DNA of 63,002 nt, the filler included, from Actinomycetota bacterium (GTDB lineage: Bacteria > Actinomycetota > Acidimicrobiia > IMCC26256 > VFJJ01): NCBI GenBank assembly GCA_009886115.1. It is 4 parts of 4 records of this genome, joined end to end, with 100 filler letters (N's around TTAATTAATTAA, not from the genome) between each part and the next. Parts side by side here need not be neighbours in the genome. Positions count along the whole stretch, not along the records: positions 40,370 to 50,544 come from VFJJ01000158.1; positions 50,645 to 63,002 come from VFJJ01000122.1; 2 more parts are not named here. The stretch is one strand, 5' to 3'. The notes under the pieces were generated by a model, which was not told where the DNA came from, made no database searches, and worked only from the letters and a program-made list of their open reading frames with translations. Every line of letters begins with the position of its first letter. Within the stretch, counting starts at the first letter, position 1. The translations under genes and the position numbers were made by a program. Positions 49,365 to 57,807 of this stretch are shown here, one piece after another.

Positions 49365-50303
49365 GAGCCTGTTGGCAAAGTTTTGGCTGGTAGTGTGCTG
49401 GATTGCCACTATCTCGGGCGGTAACTCTGATATAATATATTCATGAACGAACCTCGACAACCATATATGCCTACCTGGCGTACCGCGCATGGCGATATGA
49501 GCGATGAAGAGTGGGCTCTTATCGAGGATCTTGTTGCCCCAGCTTCGGGTGGGGGTCGGATGGGTCGACCGGTGCGCAACGACCGTCGCCGGATCGTCGA
49601 CGCGATCTTCTTCGTCGCTGCGACCGGCTGCCAGTGGCGGGCTCTGCCGTCGTGTTACCCGAACTGGAACAGCGTGCACCGCTATCACCTGACCTGGTCC
49701 AGGGATGGGACCTGGGAACAAATCGCGACCCGCCTCGCCCAGCAAGTCCGGGAGCTCGAGGGCCGCCACCCTGAGGCCTCGGCCGGGATCATCGACGCTC
49801 GCAGCGTCCGCGGTGCCGCCACTGTCACCAGCACTACCAGGGGATACGACGCCGGGAAGAAGATCTCGGGCCGAAAGACGTTCGGGATCGTCGACACGCT
49901 GGGTCTGATCATCGCAGTGGTCGTCATGGCGGCGAGCACCTCCGACAACGCTGGCGGGATCGCCGTCGTGGACCGGGCCCGTCCCAAGACCAAGCGGCTC
50001 TCGAAGCTCTGGGCTGACGCCGGGTTCAAAGTCGTGTTCGCCCAGCACTGCCGACGACAGAACATCAACGTCGAGGTCGTCCACAAGATCCATCCGCACA
50101 CCTTCGAGATCCTTCCTCAACGCTGGATCGTTGAACGGACCTGGTCCTGGCTCATGAACAACCGCCGCCTCCAGATCGACTATGAACGCGACCCCCAGAT
50201 CACAGAAGGCTTCATATGGGCCGCCCACACCCGTATGTTGCTCCGCCGTCTAACCGATCCGCATAACACCTGATCGCGCTGCATAAACATTCGCGACAGC
50301 CTC
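49365..50303 (+). mobile_element. IS5-family insertion sequence (IS1031-like), 939 bp, TCA target duplication
   Basis: Imperfect TIRs GAGCCTGTTGGCAAAGTTT / GAGGCTGTCGCGAATGTTT (rc); TCA at 49362-49364 and 50304-50306; lower GC. Confidence 0.9.
49443..50273 (+). CDS. IS5-family DDE transposase
   Basis: DMSDEEW, TGCQWRALP, IIDARSV, GYDAGKKISGRK, ADAGF, RWIVERTWSWL...RRL..DYE. Confidence 0.95.
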   Translation: MNEPRQPYMPTWRTAHGDMSDEEWALIEDLVAPASGGGRMGRPVRNDRRRIVDAIFFVAATGCQWRALPSCYPNWNSVHRYHLTWSRDGTWEQIATRLAQQVRELEGRHPEASAGIIDARSVRGAATVTSTTRGYDAGKKISGRKTFGIVDTLGLIIAVVVMAASTSDNAGGIAVVDRARPKTKRLSKLWADAGFKVVFAQHCRRQNINVEVVHKIHPHTFEILPQRWIVERTWSWLMNNRRLQIDYERDPQITEGFIWAAHTRMLLRRLTDPHNT

Positions 50304-50338
50304 TCAGGCCGCGCCACCGGCGCGTTCGGGCGTGATCC

Positions 50339-50544
50339 TCAGCCCGCCCAGCGCTCCGGCACGGCGCCCCGAGGCGGACTCGGCACCGTCGGGGCCGGTA
50401 CCGCGCCGCCGTCGGCCGGCCTCACGACCTCGGCGGGCCAGAGGCTGACGGCCACGGCGTCGTCGTAGGTCACCAGGCGGCGCTCGACGAGATCGGTGAG
50501 CGACATCTCGAGGGTCTGCATGCCCTCACGTTGGCAGGTGGCGA
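50339..50544 (-). CDS. PilT/PilU retraction ATPase, C-terminal fragment (5' end lost at gap)
   Basis: ...QREGMQTLEMSLTDLVERRLVTYDDA matches the GMQT C-terminal motif. Confidence 0.7.
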
Positions 50545-50644
50545 NNNNNNNNNNNNNNNNNNNNNNNNNNNNNNNNNNNNNNNNNNNNTTAATTAATTAA
50601 NNNNNNNNNNNNNNNNNNNNNNNNNNNNNNNNNNNNNNNNNNNN
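50545..50644. other. Artificial contig spacer
   Basis: N-run, TTAATTAATTAA, N-run. Confidence 0.98.
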
Positions 50645-51443
50645 CCGTGTCGCCGCAGTTGAGGACGCCGTCGATGTCGACGAGATGGAACAGCGAGTCG
50701 TTCGTGTTGAGGTTCAGCGGGTCGCCGAGGCCGCCGGGCTGCGGAAGGGTGCCGTCGGCCCCACCTTCGAGCGATATGGCCCCATCCGGCGTGGACGCGT
50801 CGACGGTCAGCACCAGCTTGTCGAAGGGAACACCACTGTCGGGTGCGACCAGCCAACGGAAGTTGTCGCCGTCGGTGGAGTCGGGGCCGGAGTCGGAGTT
50901 GGCTCCGGTCGTAAGTAGGTCGGTCCCCATCACGACGCCGTCGAGGTACATCACGGCCTTGGCCGTGGCGCCCCCCTTGGCCTCGATGTCGAGCTCGGCG
51001 TAGTCGATCTCGTAGGTAGCGATGGAGCTGATGGGGCTGATGAGGTCGTTGAGATCGAGCACCAGGGCCTGGCTCGTGCCGTTGATCCGCCCGCACGGCG
51101 TTCCGGTTCCCTCACCCTTGACCCGCACGCCCAGCCCGTTGTCGAACAGGCCGACGGTGCCCTGGCTGGGAGCCGGCTGCGGCGTGAGGTTCACCAGCGT
51201 GGTGTCCGGGGTAACGGCACAGCCCGAAGGGACGGCGATCGACTGCGTCACAGCCGAACCGACGACCGGGTCGAAGCGGAAGTAGTCGGTGGCCCCGAGG
51301 TGCAGGCGCAACACGCCGACCTCGGGTGGGCTGAACGGCGGAGCCGACGGAACCAGGCCTGAAGCGCCGGTGCTCGTCCCGACGAGTGCCACCAGCGATG
51401 CCAGCACAGCAACCTTGGCGATGCTCCGAGTTGATCTACCCAT
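50645..51443 (-). CDS. Secreted hypothetical protein (3' partial)
   Basis: Signal-peptide-like MGRSTRSIAKVAVLASLVALVGTSTGASG; acidic Gly/Asp-rich beta region (SDSGPDSTDGDN). Confidence 0.7.
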
Positions 51444-51639
51444 GGTTCGCTCCACCCCTCGTGTCTGAGTTGCCGCCAGCATGCCCGAGTCGCCGCTCTG
51501 GCGCCACCATCGAGCACGCCTTAACTTAGCGATTTCCCGCGGCCGGCGTCGGCAAGCGCACCCTTTGTGGTAGATGAACAACTCGAGCGGTCCCGCTCCG
51601 TACGCTCGGTGTCGCTGGCGTCCTCGATGAGCGTGAGCG

Positions 51640-51912
51640 TCAGCGGGAGAGGATGTCGCCGTAGGTGTTGCACAGGCCGTAGGCGTTGATCGTCAGGAAC
51701 GCCACGATGACGATGACCGCAGCCCGGCGGCGCCATCCCGGGCGGGGAGCCGTCCCGCCGGTCGCCGGCGGCATGTACCACAGCGGCAACGGCGATCGGC
51801 GGTCGATCCCGAGAGCGGTCCACACGCTCACGGCGTCGTCGCCGAGGTTCTCTGAGGGGTCGGCGGCCAGGGCCAGCGCCGCCAGCTCGTCGTCATTCAC
51901 ATCGTCGTTCAT
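51640..51912 (-). CDS. Small membrane protein
   Basis: DDELAALALAADP...LPLWYMPP, one TM, then YGLCNTYG. Confidence 0.7.
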   Translation of the reverse strand: MNDDVNDDELAALALAADPSENLGDDAVSVWTALGIDRRSPLPLWYMPPATGGTAPRPGWRRRAAVIVIVAFLTINAYGLCNTYGDILSR

Positions 51913-52000
51913 GGCGCCTTCTTTGTGTCCAGGGTCATCGTACAGGCGGTTGTAGACGCAAAGAACGCCGGTGTGTGGTGTGGGGGCAGCCGGCAGCCGG

Positions 52001-53260
52001 TCAGGTCCAGAGATCGGCGATGGGTAGCCCGACGAGGCGGTCGCCGAGGGTCACTCGCCGATCGCCGGTGTGGAAGACGATCCCGGCCACAAAATCGTGT
52101 CCGACCCGATCGAGTCTGTCTCGCAGCGTTGCCATGGGTGCCGCGTCGATGGGGCGGGCGATCGTGGAGGATTTGCCCTCGACCGCCACGACCCGGCCGT
52201 CGCTCGCCTCGACGATGGCGTCGACCTCCAGGCCATCGCGATCGCGCAGGTGGTGCAGTCGAGCGGAGACTCCCGACCAGGTGAGCTGCTTGGCGATCTC
52301 GGCGATCACGAACGACTCGACCAGCGCCCCGACCGACGGGTCGTTGAGGCGGCCCAGTGCATCGGGGCCCTTGCCCATGATCGCGGCCGCCAGCCCGGTG
52401 TCGCACACGTGGAGCTTCGGGCGACGGATGATCTTGGACGCGACCTTGCGGCCCCACGCTGGGAGGCGGTGGACCAGGAAGGTCGTCTCGATCCAGGGCT
52501 CGTAGGCCTCGGCAGTGACGCGATTGATACCGAGGTTGTCGGCGAGCTGCGCGAGCACCAGCTCCGAGCCGGTGTTCACCGTGAGCAATCTCGCCATGCC
52601 CAGCAGGGCGTCGAAGCGGCGGAGGTCGACCGCGGTCTCCACCTCCCGGCGGAGCACAGTCTCGAGGTACCGCTCGAACCAGCGGCGGCGGGCCCGGTCG
52701 GTGAACCGCTGCTGTTCCGGGAAGCCACCGCGGCAGATGAGCTCGAGGTACTCACGTCGACTCGGCGTACCTGCGCCATGACCGAGGAGCTCGGAGGCGC
52801 CGGTGAACGACCGGTCGACGAATCCGTCGGAGCCACCCATCAGCTCGCCCATCGACAGCGGCCACAAGGTGATCAGGTCGATGCGCCCGGCGAGGCTCTC
52901 CGAGATCGTCGGGGTGGTCAAGAAGTTGGTGGAGCCGGTCAGAACGTACTGGCCGGCAGCACGAGACTGGTCGAGTCGTTGCTTGAGGGCCAGGATCAGC
53001 TGATCGCCTCCCCGCTGCACCTCGTCGATGACGGCTGGTGTTCCGAGCGCATCGAGGAACAGTGCCGGGTCGTCACGGGCTGCGCTCAGGTCCTCTTCCC
53101 GATCGAGGGTGACCATCGGAGCCGCCAGCTCCCCGGCGACAATGTGGGCCAGGGTCGACTTGCCGACCTGACGGGCGCCCTGGATGACCACGGCCCGGAA
53201 GCTCGTGAGCGATTCGACGGCACTCCCGAGGGCCCGCCTCGCGATCAGTGTTGCGTCCAT
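52001..53260 (-). CDS. AAA_14 ATPase with DUF4143 domain
   Basis: GARQVGKST, IDEVQR, LTGS, ESLAGR, GGFPE, PKLHVCDTG, LRDRDGLEVDAIVE...VAVEGK. Confidence 0.92.
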   Translation of the reverse strand: MDATLIARRALGSAVESLTSFRAVVIQGARQVGKSTLAHIVAGELAAPMVTLDREEDLSAARDDPALFLDALGTPAVIDEVQRGGDQLILALKQRLDQSRAAGQYVLTGSTNFLTTPTISESLAGRIDLITLWPLSMGELMGGSDGFVDRSFTGASELLGHGAGTPSRREYLELICRGGFPEQQRFTDRARRRWFERYLETVLRREVETAVDLRRFDALLGMARLLTVNTGSELVLAQLADNLGINRVTAEAYEPWIETTFLVHRLPAWGRKVASKIIRRPKLHVCDTGLAAAIMGKGPDALGRLNDPSVGALVESFVIAEIAKQLTWSGVSARLHHLRDRDGLEVDAIVEASDGRVVAVEGKSSTIARPIDAAPMATLRDRLDRVGHDFVAGIVFHTGDRRVTLGDRLVGLPIADLWT

Positions 53261-53278
53261 CGGGCAGACCGTAGCACT

Positions 53279-53366
53279 CCAACCAGACTTTTGTCGCCAA
53301 TCAAATAATACTTTGGTCGAAGCTCTACCGTGAGTTTCGTCGAATACCCAACCATACTTTTGCCGC
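53279..53366. repeat. Four 23-bp-periodic imperfect direct repeats upstream of the AAA_14-DUF4143 gene
   Basis: ACTTTTGTCG 53287, ACTTTGGTCG 53310, AGTTTCGTCG 53333, ACTTTTGCCG 53356. Confidence 0.85.
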
Positions 53367-53414
53367 TACCCAGAGATGCAGTTCGTCGACAGGAGATCAG
53401 CGGTTCGTCGTCGG

Positions 53415-55508
53415 TCAGGCGGGGGATCGACCGGCGGCGTCGGCGAGCACGAAGGGGTGCACGGGCCCCGAGCCTTCGTCGAGCAGCTTCCAGGCGATCG
53501 CCGTGAGCGTCCACCGTGAGTCGACGGTGTCGTCGACGAGGAGGACAGGCCCCGAAGGGACGGGTCCGGCGACGGTGAACGCGCCCCGGACGTTGGCGTG
53601 CTGCTGCGCGCTGTTGTGCATGGCGGCCTGGGGATCGGTCTCGCGCACCTTGATGATGACGGGCTCGCACGCCAGCCCGAGCGCGGCAGCGATGCGCTGA
53701 GCGAGATCGGCGACGAGATCAGGTCGGCGCAGCGACGGGACGAACGTCACCCACGTCGGCGCCGGTCGAGGCAGCCATCGGCGTTCGAGCAGGGCGACGG
53801 CCGCGTCGACGAGCGGGTCGGCGAAACGACCGTCGACCTCTCGGCCGTGGCGCACCTGGTCGCCCCAGCCTCCGTCGGCCCACAGCGCGAGTGCCCGACC
53901 GGCCTGGAGACGATGGCTCAGCGCGATGGCCTTGCCGTTGGGGAGCTGCTTGCGCGGCTCGATCACCCGATCGGCGCCGCGCAGGTGGTCGGTGGCCAGC
54001 TGCTGCAACATCGGGTCGATCGGGAAGCCCGCTGGACCGGCCGAAGCCCGGCAGTTGTCGCAGATAGCGCAGGGCCCGGCTTCCGGGTCGTCGAGGTAGC
54101 TCCGCAGTTGTTCCATCCGACAGCGGTCGGTCGCGGCGTAGTCGTTCATCTGCTGCTGCTCGGTGCGCCGCAGCGCCATCACCGACGCGGCCCGGTCGGC
54201 GTCGAACGACCAGGGCTGGGGGGTACGCAACCACGTGTTGCCGCGACGCTCGACGGCACCGTCGACCTCGAGGGTCTTGAGCACCTGCTCCAGCAGGCTC
54301 TTGCGGAGGTTGACGTCGTCGAGCAACGCCGTGGTCGACATGGGCGCGGCCCGTTCCTCGAGGATCGTCACGATCCGCTCGGTCAGCTCGGCCGGGGGAA
54401 ACGCCGTGCGGATGAAGTACTCCTGGATGTCGCGGTCTTCGGCCCCCCGCAGGAGAACACCCCTCGACTCGTCGAGCGCTCGCCCGGCCCGCCCGACCTG
54501 TTGGTAGTACGCGATCGGCGATCCGGGCGCCTGGTAGTGGATGACGAACGCCAGGTCGGGCTTGTCGAAGCCCATGCCCAGCGCCGAGGTGGCCACGACG
54601 ACCTTCACCTCGTTGGCGAGCAGCGCCTGCTCGATGCCCGGCCGCTCGTTCGCGGCCGTCGCCCCGCTGTAGGCCACGGCGTCGATTCCCCGCGAACGCA
54701 GCCAGGCCGAGACCCGTTCGGTGTCGGCGATCGTGAGGCAATAGACGATGCCCGTCCCGGCCAGGCGCGGGATCGTATCGGCCAGCCACGCCATGCGGTC
54801 GGCGGGCCGAGGAAGGTCGAGCACCTGGAGGGCCAGCCCCTCGCGCCCCAGTGGGCCCCGCACGGGTGCCAACGCAGAGCCGAGCTGCGCCGTGACATCG
54901 GCGACGACCCGGTCGTTGGCCGTGGCCGTGCAACACAGCACGGGAACGCCGGGCGGCAGCAGGTCGAGCACCCGCACGAGGCGCCGGTAGTCGGGGCGGA
55001 AGTCGTGGCCCCAGTCGGAGATGCAGTGGGCCTCGTCGATCACCAGCAGGCCACTGCGCCGACCGACCTCAGGCAGCACGTCGGATCGGAACTGGCTGTT
55101 CGCGAGACGCTCGGGCGAGATCAGGAGGATGTCGATGGCTCCGGCCTCGAGCTGGTCTTCGATCTCCTGCCAGTCGGCGCGGTTGGCGCTGTTGACGGTG
55201 GCCGCGCGAACCCCCATCCGCTCGGCGGCTTCGATCTGGTTGCGCATCAGCGCCAGCAGCGGCGAGACGAGCAGCGTCGGGCCGGCGCCGCGCTCGCGGA
55301 GCATGCGGGTGGCGATGAAGTAGACCGCGCTCTTGCCCCAGCCGGTGCGCTGCACGAGGAGCACCCGTTGGCGGTCGCTCACCAGGCGGCGGATCACGTC
55401 GAGCTGGTCGTCACGGAACTCGGCTGCCGGGTTGCGGGTGAGCTGGCGGAGCAACCCGAGCGCCTCGCCATCGAGCGCTTCGGTGTCGATCTCGGCGTGG
55501 ACGGACAC
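53415..55508 (-). CDS. RecQ-like helicase with C-terminal phosphoribosyltransferase-like domain (RqlH-like)
   Basis: QRTGWGKS, DEAHCISDWGHDFRP, ATSALGMGFDK, YYQQVGRAGR, CRM...CAICDNC, VLLVDDTVDSRWT; AAGGAG RBS. Confidence 0.9.
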   Translation of the reverse strand: MSVHAEIDTEALDGEALGLLRQLTRNPAAEFRDDQLDVIRRLVSDRQRVLLVQRTGWGKSAVYFIATRMLRERGAGPTLLVSPLLALMRNQIEAAERMGVRAATVNSANRADWQEIEDQLEAGAIDILLISPERLANSQFRSDVLPEVGRRSGLLVIDEAHCISDWGHDFRPDYRRLVRVLDLLPPGVPVLCCTATANDRVVADVTAQLGSALAPVRGPLGREGLALQVLDLPRPADRMAWLADTIPRLAGTGIVYCLTIADTERVSAWLRSRGIDAVAYSGATAANERPGIEQALLANEVKVVVATSALGMGFDKPDLAFVIHYQAPGSPIAYYQQVGRAGRALDESRGVLLRGAEDRDIQEYFIRTAFPPAELTERIVTILEERAAPMSTTALLDDVNLRKSLLEQVLKTLEVDGAVERRGNTWLRTPQPWSFDADRAASVMALRRTEQQQMNDYAATDRCRMEQLRSYLDDPEAGPCAICDNCRASAGPAGFPIDPMLQQLATDHLRGADRVIEPRKQLPNGKAIALSHRLQAGRALALWADGGWGDQVRHGREVDGRFADPLVDAAVALLERRWLPRPAPTWVTFVPSLRRPDLVADLAQRIAAALGLACEPVIIKVRETDPQAAMHNSAQQHANVRGAFTVAGPVPSGPVLLVDDTVDSRWTLTAIAWKLLDEGSGPVHPFVLADAAGRSPA

Positions 55509-55635
55509 GTGTTCGCTCCTTCCGGTCTCGAGCGATGTGCGAGAGCGTACGGGGCCGGTGAGACACTCCAGACTCGGTACCCCCGATCTCGTGAATCCGC
55601 ACGGGTTCGACGGGGGGCGTTCGTAGACTCGGCCC

Positions 55636-57684
55636 ATGTCCACGCAGACCGTCCTCGGTACCTGTCACCACGACTGCCCCGACTCGTGCGGATGGATCGC
55701 CACCGTCACCGATGGTGTGGCCGTGTCGCTGCGGGGCAATCCCGAGCACCCGTTCTCGCAGGGCGAGCTGTGCCCCAAGGTCAACCGGTTCCTCGAGCGC
55801 GTGTACCACCCCGACCGCATCCTCACGCCGCTGCGGAGGGTCGGAGCCAAGGGCGATGGCGCGTTCGAGCCCGTTTCGTGGGACGACGCGCTCGCCGAGG
55901 TCGCCGCGAGGTTGCACGAGATCCTCGACGAGCTCGGCGGCGAGTCCGTGCTGCCCTGGCGCGACGCCGGCACCCAGGGCCTGCTGCAGATGAAAAGTCT
56001 CGACCAACGGTTCTTCGCCCGCCTCGGGGCGAGCCGTCAGGTGGGCGAGCTGTGCGGTGCCACGGCGGCGGCGGGGACGGCCACCACGCTCGGGTCGGGA
56101 CGCGCGTCCGATCCGAGCGACGTGCGCCACGCCGAGCTCGTGCTGTTGTGGGGCACGAACACCCGCCTCACGAACCGCCATCTGTGGCCGTTCGTCGAAG
56201 AGGCCCGGGCCAAAGGGGCCACGATCGTGGTGATCGACCCGTTGCGGACGGCGACGGCCGAGCAGGCCGATTGGTTCCTCCAGCCGCTGCCGGGCACCGA
56301 CGTGGCGCTGATGCTCGGCGTGGTGCACGTCCTCGTGCGTGACGACCACCTCGACCACGACTACCTCGAGCGCCACACCACCGGGTTTGAAGCGCTCGCC
56401 GAGCAGGCGGCCGGGTGGACCCCGGCCCGGGCCGCTGCTGCGTGCGGACTCGATCCCGCCGACGTCGAACGTCTCGGAGCGCTCTACGGCAGCACCCGCA
56501 AGTCGTTCATCCGCACGCTCATCGGCGCCGAGCACCACGAGCACGGCGCCATGTTCTTCCGCACGCTCTCGTGCCTGCCCGCGCTCACGGGGGCCTGGCG
56601 CGAGCGCGGTGGCGGGTACGCGCGCAGCGTCGGCACCTGGTTCGACGGCGTGGTCGACGTCAACGCGTTCGCAGCACCACAGCTCTGGCCGGCAGGCGAG
56701 CCACGGGCCATCAGCATGAACCATCTGGGCCGGGCCCTCACCGACGAGTCGCTCGTCCCCCCGGTGCGGGCGCTGTTCGTGTGGAACGGCAACCCGGTGG
56801 TCACCGCGCCCCATGCCGGGCTCATCCGGCAGGGCCTGGTCCGCGACGACCTCCTGTGCGTGGTGAGCGAGCAGTTCCTCACCGACACCGCCCGTTTCGC
56901 CGACATCGTGTTTCCTGCGACGACGCAGCTCGAGCAACGCGATGTCGTGCCGGCGTGGGGGCACCTGTATCTCGGCTGGAACGAGCCGGCCATCGCCCCG
57001 CTCGGCGAAGCGGTGCCCAACACCGAGCTGTGGCGGCGACTGGCCCGGGCCATGGGGTTCACCGAGCCCGAGCTGTTCGCAACCGACGACGAGCTGCTCG
57101 CCATGGGGCTGGCGCCGACGGGCGGGGTCGACGTCGCCGCGTTGCGAACGCGGGGCTGGGCCCGGCTCGACCTGCCCGACGATCTGGGCCCGTACCGCGA
57201 CGGGGGTTTCGCGACGCCGACGGGTCGAGCCGACCTGGGCGAGGTCAACCCGCCGGAGTACGTGGGGGCAACCGAGGGCCCAGATGGCGATCAGGAAGCA
57301 CGGCGACGTTTCCCGCTCCAGCTCCTGACGCCCAAGCAGCACACCCGGTTCCTCAACTCGTCGTACGGCCACCTCCCGGCCCATGCGCCGATCGAGGGCC
57401 GTCCGTTCGTCGAGATCCACCCGGTCGATGCCGCCGCTCGGGGCATCGGCGACGGCGATCGCGTGCTGGTGCACAACGACCGGGCCACGCTCACGCTCCC
57501 GGCCCGCCTGGGCACCCGGGTGCGCCCCGGGCTGGTGTCGGTCCCGTTCGGGTGGGGTCAGGTCCAGCACGGTGAAGCGGCCACGGCCAACTCGCTCACC
57601 AACGACGCCCTCGCCGACTGGGGTGGCGGCGTCGCGTTCTCGAGCACGCTGGTCGAGGTCTCGCTGGCGGCCGTCGAGCAGTAG
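55636..57684 (+). CDS. Molybdopterin-dependent oxidoreductase (DMSO reductase superfamily)
   Basis: CHHDCPDSC...LCPK Fe-S motif, VSWDDAL, PGTDVAL, TDTARFADIVFPAT, IHPVDAAARGIGDGD. Confidence 0.92.
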   Translation: MSTQTVLGTCHHDCPDSCGWIATVTDGVAVSLRGNPEHPFSQGELCPKVNRFLERVYHPDRILTPLRRVGAKGDGAFEPVSWDDALAEVAARLHEILDELGGESVLPWRDAGTQGLLQMKSLDQRFFARLGASRQVGELCGATAAAGTATTLGSGRASDPSDVRHAELVLLWGTNTRLTNRHLWPFVEEARAKGATIVVIDPLRTATAEQADWFLQPLPGTDVALMLGVVHVLVRDDHLDHDYLERHTTGFEALAEQAAGWTPARAAAACGLDPADVERLGALYGSTRKSFIRTLIGAEHHEHGAMFFRTLSCLPALTGAWRERGGGYARSVGTWFDGVVDVNAFAAPQLWPAGEPRAISMNHLGRALTDESLVPPVRALFVWNGNPVVTAPHAGLIRQGLVRDDLLCVVSEQFLTDTARFADIVFPATTQLEQRDVVPAWGHLYLGWNEPAIAPLGEAVPNTELWRRLARAMGFTEPELFATDDELLAMGLAPTGGVDVAALRTRGWARLDLPDDLGPYRDGGFATPTGRADLGEVNPPEYVGATEGPDGDQEARRRFPLQLLTPKQHTRFLNSSYGHLPAHAPIEGRPFVEIHPVDAAARGIGDGDRVLVHNDRATLTLPARLGTRVRPGLVSVPFGWGQVQHGEAATANSLTNDALADWGGGVAFSSTLVEVSLAAVEQ

Positions 57685-57720
57685 GCATGGCCCTCGCTGT
57701 GCACACGACGCCGCTCGGTC

Positions 57721-57765
57721 GTGCGATGCGTGCGATGTGTGCGATGTGTGCGATGCGTGCGATCC
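57721..57765. repeat. 9-bp tandem repeat x5
   Basis: GTGCGATGY four times, then GTGCGATCC; intergenic. Confidence 0.9.
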
Positions 57766-57807
57766 GATCCCATGACGGGCACCGGGGAGCGGCGTTAGGG
57801 TGCGGCC

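Noticed and set aside
51909..51975. Possible gene tail (FFASTTACTMTLDTKKAP) overlapping the small membrane protein start
   Set aside because: The ATGA overlap is suggestive, but it is too short to support a call without a search
53279..53366. Periodic repeats as a CRISPR mini-array
   Set aside because: The 23-nt period is too short for repeat plus spacer, units are degenerate, and there are no cas genes
55636..57684. Molybdoenzyme as a selenoprotein
   Set aside because: No in-frame TGA; the candidate Mo ligand in GELCG is encoded by TGC
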